Positions 54,401 through 64,000 of a stretch of DNA of 64,000 bases are shown here, piece by piece. The stretch's first letter is position 1. Each line of letters begins with the position of its first letter. The DNA is taken from contig NC_092670.1 in assembly GCF_964355755.1 (NCBI RefSeq), forward strand, positions 13,502,795 through 13,566,794, written 5' to 3'. The notes beneath the pieces are model-generated. The model was not told where the DNA came from and made no database searches. It was given only the letters and a program-made list of their open reading frames with translations. The translations under genes and the position numbers were made by a program. Source of the stretch: Antedon mediterranea (lineage: Eukaryota > Animalia > Echinodermata).

Positions 54401-57400
54401 GAAATTATGTAAAAATGTTGCCAATTGGATGTTATGACGTCATCATATGGCCAGTTAAATAAAAAAGGTCGTATTTTCATCTTTTGCGTCATAATTCATT
54501 ACATTTAAAAGAGCGCGCATCAATATTTCACGTATTAAAATTTCTTCTACACGCTAATACGTTGTTGCTGAGATAATTTCCTTTCGGAATTGCTACCTTC
54601 GCGTTTCATTTTAAAACCGTCAACATGTTAAAAATTGCAATAAATAGCGGGTCCCGTAATTTCACCTATTCTACACTGTATGTGATATGGATACAGATTA
54701 TACTGTGTATATACTATATGAATTTAAATAATAAAATTCAGCAATAACAACATATCATATTCTTCAGTTCAGGTCATAATGCCAACGTGAACACTTCCTT
54801 TTGTCCTCAACCTATCCCCTTAATGTTAATGTTGCACCACTTGCGCGGCGGATAACCAAACTCGTCAAAGTGACGAGTTACATGTCTAGTCTTCTTTCTT
54901 TCTGTATGATTTTTGTGTAACGCTTTTCTCTAAAACTTGCAAACATAACATTTTGTTACCTATGTTAACATTTTGACATTTATGTAACGTCGTCAAGCGA
55001 AGCTTTTCATGATGTTTACAATTGCGCAACGTGACGTACGCGCGATTTAACGATTTTCTCGTATTTAACATATGTCGAAAACCAAATAACATTTTAAAGT
55101 GAAACTTTGCAAAAGTTTAATTTATATCATGCGCTAACTTTCTGTTGAAAAAAAATTGCGTGTTTTACACAAAGTTACGCGCGCACGCGCATTTAAAATT
55201 TCAAAATGCGCAAAATTAATTTATAATCAACTTTCTACGCGTTTCATGTCGTTTAAAGCATGTCAAAAATTCCCACGCGTGCGCACATTTTTACGTGTGC
55301 GGTGCGCACGTAGCACGGAAAACGATTTTTTTTCGCGTGATTTATGTTTTTCCAGCTTTTTCTAGTAATTTTACCAAATTTTAAACAATTTCGACTTAAA
55401 GATACGTCATACGAGCACGTCGAATTGGACAATTTGCGCGCGTTTTTTATGAAAATGTTAAAAAATTCGTTTAAAATATGCCTTTTTTTAAACAGTCGTA
55501 ATTTCTAAACTAGAAGGTCAACTTTTTGTGGATGGGATATTCTGGAAGTAGATGAGTTGTAGATATCGTATCAGGTATTAATATGGCTAACCGGACATTT
55601 TGACGTCATCGTATGGCCACGCGAATATAAAATTTAGGATTTTTGTATCTTTCGTCATAGCTCATCACATTGAATAGAGCGCATCTCCACTTATACGTTT
55701 TCCATTTTTACCCCGATTTTGACATTGTCTAGGTCAATCAACTATCTTTCGCATGAGTTAAAAATATTTTAATTTTTTTGACGTCATCATGCCTAAAAAT
55801 TAAAATCACGTGTGGCAGTAATTTCATCTTTACAGTAAATTTTAATCTGTTATAGCTCGTAAGAATAAAATGTGATAATCACGATTAAAACTTTTTCTGG
55901 AAGCTATTGGATTGTAGATACGAAATTATGTAAAAATGTTGCCAATCGGATGTTGTGACGTCATCATATGGCCAGTTAAATAAAAAAGGTCGTATTTTCA
56001 TCTTTTGCGTCATAATTCATTACATTTAAAAGAGCGCGCATCAATATTTCACGTATTCAAATTTCTTCTACACGTTAATACGTTGTTGCTGAGATAATTT
56101 GCTTTCGGAATTACTACCTTCGCGTTTCATTTTAAAACCGTCAACATGTTAAAAATTGCAATAAATAGCGGGTCCCGTAATTTCACCTATTCTACACTGT
56201 ATGTGATATGGATACAGATTATACTGTGTATACTATATATGGATTTAAATAATAAAATTCAGCAATAACAACATATCATATTCTTCAGTTCAGGTCATAA
56301 TGCCAACGTGAACACTTCCTTTTGTCCTCAACCTATCCCCTTAATGTTAATGTTTCACCACTTGCGCGGCGGATAACCAAACTCGTCAAAGTGACGAGTT
56401 ACATGTCTAGTTATTAGTTATCCGCACTCAGCGGATAACTCCTTGTAACTGTCCTGTTTCATCATCTTTTTTTTTTTTCTGTATTATTGGTTATCCGCAA
56501 CGAAGTTGCAGGATAACCTCTTGTGATTGTACGAAATCATTGGTTATCCGCAACGAAGTTGCAGGATAACCTCTTGTGATTGTACGAAATCATCATCAAC
56601 ATCTTTTTCTTAATCTTCTTTCTTTCTGTATGATTTTTGTGTAACGCTTTTCTCTAAAACTTGCAAACATAACATTTTGTTAGCTATGTTAACATTTTGA
56701 CATTTATGTAACGTCGTCAAGCGAAGCTTTTCATGATGTTTACAATTGCGCAACGTGACGTACGCGCGATTTAACGATTTTCTCGTATTTAACATATGTC
56801 GAAAACCAAATAACATTTTAAAGTGAAACTTTGCAAAAGTTTAATTTATATCATGCGCTAACTTTCTGTTGAAAAAAAATTGCGTGTTTTACACAAAGTT
56901 ACGCGCGCACGCGCATTTAAAATTTCAAAATGCGCGAAATTAATTTATAATCAACTTTCTACGCGTTTCATGTCGTTTTAAGCATGTCAAAAATTCCCAC
57001 GCGTGCGCACATTTTTACGTGTGCGGTGCGCACGTAGCATTGAAAACGTATTTTTTTCGCGTGATTTATGTTTTTCCAGCCTTTTCTAGTAATTTTACCA
57101 AATTTTTAACAATTTCGACTTAAAGATACGTCATACGAGCACGTCGAATTGGACAATTTGCGCGCGTTTTTTATGAAAAGGTTAAAAAATTCGTTTAAAA
57201 TATGCCTTTTTTTAAACAGTCGTAATTTCTAAACTAGACGGTCAACTTTTTGTGGATGACATATTCTGGAAGTAGATGAGTTGTAGGTATCGGATCAGGT
57301 ATTAATATGGCTAACCGGACATTGTGACGTCATCGTATGGCCACGCGAATATAAAATTTAGGATTTTTGTATCTTTCGTCATAGCTCATCACATTGAATA

Positions 57401-59679
57401 GAGCGCATCTCCACTTATCCGTTTTCCATTTTCACCCCGATTTTGATATTGTCTAGGTCAATCAACTATCTTTCGCATGAGTTCAAAATATTTTAATTTC
57501 TTTGACGTCATCATGCCTAAAAATTTAAATCACGTGTGGCATCAATTTCATCTTTACAGTAAATTTTAATCTGTTATAGCTCGTAAGAATAAAATGTGAT
57601 AATCACGATTAAAACTTTTTCTGGAAGCTATTGGATTGTAGATACGAAATTATGTAAAAATGTTGCCAATCAAATGTTGTGACGTCATCATATGGCCAGT
57701 TAAATAAAAAAAGTCGTATTTTCATCTTTTGCGTCATAATTCATTACAGTTAAAAGAGCGCGCATCAATATTTCACGTATTCAAATTTCTTCTACACGCT
57801 AATACGTTGTTGCTGAGATAATTTCCTTTCGGAATTGCTACCTTTGCGTTTCATTTTAAAACCGTCAACATGTTAAAAATTGCAATAAATAACGGGTCCC
57901 GTAATTTCACCTATTCTACACTGTAAGTGATATGGATACAGATTATACTGTGTATACTATATATGAATTTAAATAATAAAATTCAGCAATAACAACATAT
58001 CATATTCTTCAGTTCAGGTCATAATGCCAACGTGAACACTTCCTTTTGTCCTCAACCTATCCCTTTAATGTTAATGTTGCACCACTTGCGCGGCGGATAA
58101 CCAAACTCGTCAAAGTGACGAGTTACATGTCTAGTCATCATCTTTTTCTTAATCTTCTTTCTTTCTGTATGATTTTTGTGTAACGCTTTTCTCTAAAACT
58201 TGCAAACATAACATTTTGTTAACTATGTTAACATTTAGACATTTATGTAACGTCGTCAAGCGAAGCTTTTCATGATGTTTACAATCGCGCAACGTGACGT
58301 ACGCGCGATTTAACGATTTTCTCGTATTTAACATATGTCGAAAACCAAATAACATTTTAAAGTGAAACTTTGCAAAAGTTTAATTTATATTATGCGCTAA
58401 CTTTCTGTTGAAAAAAAATTGCGTGTTTTACACAAAGTTACGCGCGCACGCGCATTTAAAATTTCAAAATGCGCAAAATTAATTTATAATCAACTTTCTA
58501 CGCGTTTCATGTCGTTTTAAGCATGTCAAAAATTCCCACACGTGCGCACATTTTTACGTGTGCGGTGCGCACGTAGCATTGAAAACGTATTTTTTTCGCG
58601 TGATTTATGTTTTTCCAGCCTTTTCTAGTAATTTTACCAAATTTTAAACAATTTCGACTTAAAGATACGTCATACGAGCACGTCGAATTGGACAATTTGC
58701 GCGCGTTTTTATGAAAAGGTTAAAAAATTCGTTTAAAAAATGCCTTTTTTTAAACAGTCGTAATTTCTAAACTAGACGGTCAACTTTTTGTGGATGGGAT
58801 ATTCTGGAAGTAGATGAGTTGTAGATATCGGATCAGGTATTAATATGGCTAACCGGACATTGTGACGTCATCGTATGGCCACGCGAATATAAAATTTAGG
58901 ATTTTTGTATCTTTTGTCATAGCTCATCACATTGAATAGAGCGCATATCCACTTATCCGTTTTCAATTTTCACCCCGATTTTGACATTGTCTAGGTCAAT
59001 CAACTATCTTTCGCATGAGTTAAAAATATTTTAATTTTTTTGACGTCATCATGCCTAAAAATTAAATTCACGTGTGGCAGTAATTTCATCTTTACAGTAA
59101 ATTTTAATCTGTTATAGCTCGTAAGAATAAAATGTGATAATCACGATTAAAACTTTTTCTGGAAGCTATTGGATTGTAGATACGAAATTATGTAAAAATG
59201 TTGCCAATTGGATGTTGTGACGTCATCATATGGCCAGTTAAATGAAAAAGGTCGTATTTTCATCTTTTGCGTCATAATTCATTACATTTAAAAGAGCGCG
59301 CATCAATATTTCACGTATTCAAATTTCTTCTACACGCTAATACGTTGTTGCTGAGATAATTTCCTTTCGGAATTGCTACCTTCGCGTTTCATTTTAAAAC
59401 CGTCAACATGTTAAAAATTGCAATAAATAGCGGGTCCCGTAATTTCACCTATTCTATGTATGTCACTGTATGTGATATGGATACAGATTATACTGTGTAT
59501 ACTATATATGAATATAAATAATAAAATTCAGCAATAACAACATATCATATTCTTCAGTTCAGGTCATAATGCCAACGTGAACACTTCCTTTTGTCTTCAA
59601 CCTATCCCCTTAATGTTAATGTTGCACAATTTGCGCGGCGGATAACCAAACTCGTCAAAGTGACGAGTTACATGTCTAG

Positions 59680-61198
59680 TTCTTTCTTTCTGTCATTTTT
59701 GTGCAGAGCATATCTCAAAAACGTGTAAAATTAACATTTCATAACTTTGTCAACATATGGGTATTCACCTGAAGTTGTGCTTTTCTATTTCTGAATGACG
59801 TCAGAATTGCACAACATGACTTACGCGCGTTTTAACGAATTTCGCGTATTTAACATACATCGAAAACCATATAACAATTTAAATTGAAACTTAACAAAAG
59901 TTTTAGTTATATCTTGCGCTAACTGACTTTGTAAAAAAAATGGCATGTTTTACACGAAGTTACGCGCGCACGCGCGTTTAAAATTTCCAAACGCGAAAAA
60001 TCAATTTCTAATCCACTTTCTACGCGTTTCATGTCATTTTGAGCAGGTAAAAAATTCCCACGCGTGCGCATTTTTTTACGCGCGCCGTGCGCACGTAGCG
60101 TTGAAAACAATTTTTTTCACGTGATTTATGTTTTTCCAGCCTTTTTTAGTAATTTTACCAACTTTTAAACGATTTAGACTTAAAATTACGTCATACGGGC
60201 ACGTCGAATTGGATAATTTACGTGGGTTTTTGATGAAAAAGGTAAAAAATTCGTTAAAATTTGTCAAAATTATGCCTTTTTTTAAACAGTCGTAATTTCT
60301 AAACTGGACGGTCAACTTTTTGTGGATGACATATTCTATAAGTTGATGAGGTGTAGATATCGGATCATGTAATAATATGGCTAACCGGACATTGTGACGT
60401 CATCGTATGGCCACGCGAATATAAAATATAGGATTTTTGTATCTTTCATCATAGCGCATGACATTTAATAGAGCGCATCTCCAATTATCTGTTTTCCATT
60501 TTTACCCCGATTTTTATATTATCTAGGTCAATCAACTATCTTTCGTATGAGTTAAAAATATTTTAATTTTTATGACGTCATCATGTCTAAAAATGTAAAT
60601 AACGTGGGTCACTTATTTTCGTCTTTACAGTAAATTTCAATCTGTTATAGCTCGTCAGAATAAAACGTGATAATCATGATTAAAACGTTTTCTGGAAGCT
60701 ATTGGATTGTAGATACGAATTTATGTAAACATTTTGCCAATCGGATGTTGTGACGTCATCATATGACCAGTTAAATAAAAAAAGTCGTATTTTCATCTTT
60801 TGCGTCATAATTCATCACATTTAAAAGAGCGCGCATCAATATTTTACGTATTTAAATTTCTTCTACACATTAATATGTTGTTGCCGAGATAATTTCCTTC
60901 CGAAATTGCTATCTTAGTATTTCATTTTGATACCGTCGCTATGTTAAAAATTGGAATAAATGGCGGGTCCAGTCATTTCACCTATTCTACACAGTATGTA
61001 ATATGTATACAGATTATATTGTATATATAATATGACACAAAATAACAGAATTCAGCAATAACAACATATCATATTATTCTTCAGTTCAGGTCATATTGCC
61101 ACAATCTTTTTCTGTGTGCAATATTCTAACGTATGACGTCTACGTGGCCTTTGTCGTGCGGATAACTAACTCGTCAAAGTGACGAGTTACATGTCTAG
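59680..61198 (+). mobile_element. Body of a divergent subfamily-B element whose head lies at 56414-56486
   Basis: Clearly diverged from the other bodies; its 3' subTIR TGCGGATAACTAA is the exact reverse complement of the variant head TTAGTTATCCGCA at 56414. Confidence 0.85.
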
Positions 61199-64000
61199 TT
61201 GGTTATCCGCAACGAAGTTGCAGGATAACCTCTTGTGATTGTACGAAATCAACCTGTATGATTTTTGTGTAACGCTTTTCTCTAAAACTCGCAAACATAA
61301 CATTTCGGTAACTATCTTAACATATTGACATTTACGTAACGTCGTCAAGCGAAGCTTTTCATGACGTTTACAATTGCGCAACGTGACTTACGCGCGATTT
61401 AACGATTTTGTCGTATTTAACATAGCTCGACAACCAAATAACATTTCAACTTGAAACTTTGCAAAAGTTTAATTTATATCATGCGCTAACTTTCTGTTGA
61501 AAAAAAATTGCGTGTTTTACACAAAGTTACGCGCGCACGCGCATTTAAAATTTCAAAATGCGCAAAATTAATTTATAATCAACTTTCTACGCGTTTCATG
61601 TCGTTTTAAGCATGTCAAAAATTCCCACGCGTGCGCACATTTTTACGTGTGCGGTGCGCACGTAGTATTGAAAACGTACTTTTTTCACGTGATTTATATT
61701 TTTCCAGCCTTTTCTAGTAATTTTACCAAATTTTAAACAATTTAGACTTAAAGATACGTCATACGAGCACGTCGAATTGGACAATTTGCGCGCGTTTTTT
61801 ATGAAAAGGTTAAAAAATTCGTTTAAAATATGCCTTTTTTAAAACAGTCGTAATTTCTAAACTAGACGGTCAACTTTTTGTGGATGGCATATTCTGGAAG
61901 TAGATGAGTTGTAGATATCGGATCAGGTATTAATATGGCTAACCGGACATTGTGACGTCATCGTATGGCCACGCGAATATAAAATTTAGGATTTTTGTAT
62001 CTTTCGTCATAGCTCATCACATTGAATAGAGCGCATCTCCACTTATCCGTTTTCCATTTTCACCCCGATTTTGATTTTGTCTAGGTCAATCAAGTATCTT
62101 TCGCATGAGTTAAAAATATTTTAATTTTTTTGACGTCATCATGCCTAAAAATTTTAATCACGTGTGGCATCAATTTCATCTTTACAGTAAATTTTAATCT
62201 GTTATAGCTCGTAAGAATAAAACTTGATAATCACGATTAAAACTTTTTCTGGAAGCTATTGGATTGTAGATACGAAATTATGTAAAAATGTTGCCAATCG
62301 GATGTTGTGACGTCATCATATGGCCAGTTAAATAAAAAAGGTCGTATTTTCATCTTTTGCGTCATAATTCATTACATTTAAAAGAGCGCGCATCAATATT
62401 TCACGTATTCAAATTTCTTCTACACGCTAATACGTTGTTGCTGAGATAATTTCCTTTCGGAATTGCTAACTTCGCGTTTCATTTTAAAACCGTCAACATG
62501 TTAAAAATTGTAATAAATAGCGGGTCCCGTAATTTCACCTATTCTACACTGTATGTGATATGGATACAGATTATACTGTGTATACTATATATGAATTTAA
62601 ATAATAAAATTCAGCAATAACAACAGATCATATTCTTCAGTTCAGTTCATAATGCCAACGTGAACACTTCCTTTTGTCCTCAACCTATCCCCTTAATGTT
62701 AATGTTGCACCACTTGCGCGGCGGATAACCAAACTCGTCAAAGTGACGAGTTACATGTCTAGTTCTTCTTCTTTCTTTCTGTATGATTTTTGTGTAACGC
62801 TTTTCTCTAAAACTCGCAAACATAACATTTCGGTAACTATGTTAACATTTTGACATTTATGTAACGTCGTCAAGCGAAGCTTTTCATGATGTTTACAATT
62901 GCGCAACGTGACGTACGCGCGATTTAACGATTTTCTCGTATCTAACATATGTCGAAAACCAAATAACATTTTAAAGTGAAACTTTGCAAAAGTTTAATTT
63001 ATATCATGCGCTAACTTTCTGTTGAAAAAAAATTGCGTGTTTTACACAAAGTTACGCGCGCACGCGTATTTAAAATTTCAAAATGCGCAAAATTAATTTA
63101 TAATCAACTTTCTACGCGTTTTATGTCGTTTTAAGCATGTCAAAAATTCCCACGCGTGCGCACATTTTTACGTGTGCGGTGCGCACGTAGCATTGAAAAC
63201 GTATTTTTTTCGCGTGATTTATGTTTTTCCAGCCTTTTCTAGCAATTTTACCAAATTTTAAACAATTTCGACTTAAAGATACGTCATACGAGCACGTCGA
63301 ATTGGACAATTTGCGCGCGTTTTTTATGAAAAGGTTAAAAAATTCGTTTAAAATATGCCTTTTTTTAAACAGTCGTAATTTCTAAACTAGACGGTCAACT
63401 TTTTGTGGATGACATATTCTGGAAGTAGATGAGTTGTAGATATCGGATCAGGTATTAATATGGCTAACCGGACATTGTGACGTCATCGTATGGCCACGCG
63501 AATATAAAATTTAGGATTTTTGTATCTTTCGTCATAACTCATCACATTGAATAGAGCGCATCTCCACCTATTCGTTTTCCATTTTCACCCTGATTTTGAT
63601 ATTGTCTAGGTCAATCAACTATCTTTCGCATGAGGTAAAAATATTTTAATTTTTTTGACGTCATCATGCCTAAAAATTTAAATCACGTGTGGCATCAATT
63701 TCATCTTTACAGTAAATTTTAATCTGTTATAGCTCGTAAGAATAAAATGTGATAATCACGATTAAAACTTTTTCTGGAAGCTATTGGATTGTAGATACGA
63801 AATTATGTAAAAATGTTGCCAATCGGATGTTGTGACGTCATCATATGGCCAGTTAAATGAAAAAGGTCGTATTTTCATCTTTTGCGTCATAATTCATTAC
63901 ATTTAAAAGAGCGCGCATCAATATTTCACGTATTCAAATTTCTTCTACACGCTAATACGTTGTTGCTGAGATAATTTCCTTTCGGAATTGCTACCTTCGC

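Larger units (their letters stand above)
46585..64000 (+). mobile_element. Cluster of 13 nested ~1.6-kb non-autonomous Helitron2/Helentron-like (HINE/DINE-1-type) elements; continues past the window end
   Basis: Each element has 5' TT, subTIR TTGGTTATCCGC within a hairpin (GGTTATCCGCAAC-GAA-GTTGCAGGATAACC), a (CAT)n/(TTC)n tract, a ~1.5-kb non-coding body, 3' subTIR GCGGATAACCAA, hairpin AACTCGTCA-AAG-TGACGAGTT and a CTAG end. No TSD. CTAG ends at 48479, 50157, 51688, 53215, 54889, 56410, 58134, 59679, 61198 and 62762. Confidence 0.9.

Noticed and set aside
46829-63309. Recurrent 62-89 aa ORFs (MSNSTCSYDV.., MLFGFRHML..) in the array
   Set aside because: They recur only because the DNA is repeated; they use non-ATG starts, are broken in some copies and show no recognisable domain or Rep/helicase motif.
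46585-64000. Simple satellite or rolling-circle head-to-tail concatemer
   Set aside because: The number of heads before each body varies from 0 to 5, and the junctions resolve only by nested pairing; the variant head and its variant body are separated by two other copies.

Overview
AT-rich, intron-containing animal genomic DNA, probably from a marine invertebrate; it is not prokaryotic, and most entries in the ORF track are noise. It contains: (1) an 11-coding-exon class B1 (secretin-family) neuropeptide GPCR on + (10146-31548; CRH/DH44/PDF/calcitonin-receptor-like), reconstructed by hand with consistent splice phases; (2) two tandem 3-exon secreted three-finger (Ly6/uPAR) paralogs on -, one with both Cys of the 7-8 disulfide replaced by Tyr; (3) a degraded CR1/L2-type LINE between them, plus a second LINE 3' fragment; (4) several MITE families and a tRNA-like cloverleaf; (5) a >17-kb block (46585 to window end) of ~1.6-kb non-autonomous Helitron2/Helentron-like elements. 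This block looks like a tandem array but parses as 13 elements nested up to 6 deep, each inserted without TSD into the microsatellite just behind another copy's 5' hairpin. The parse predicts the sequence beyond the window end.
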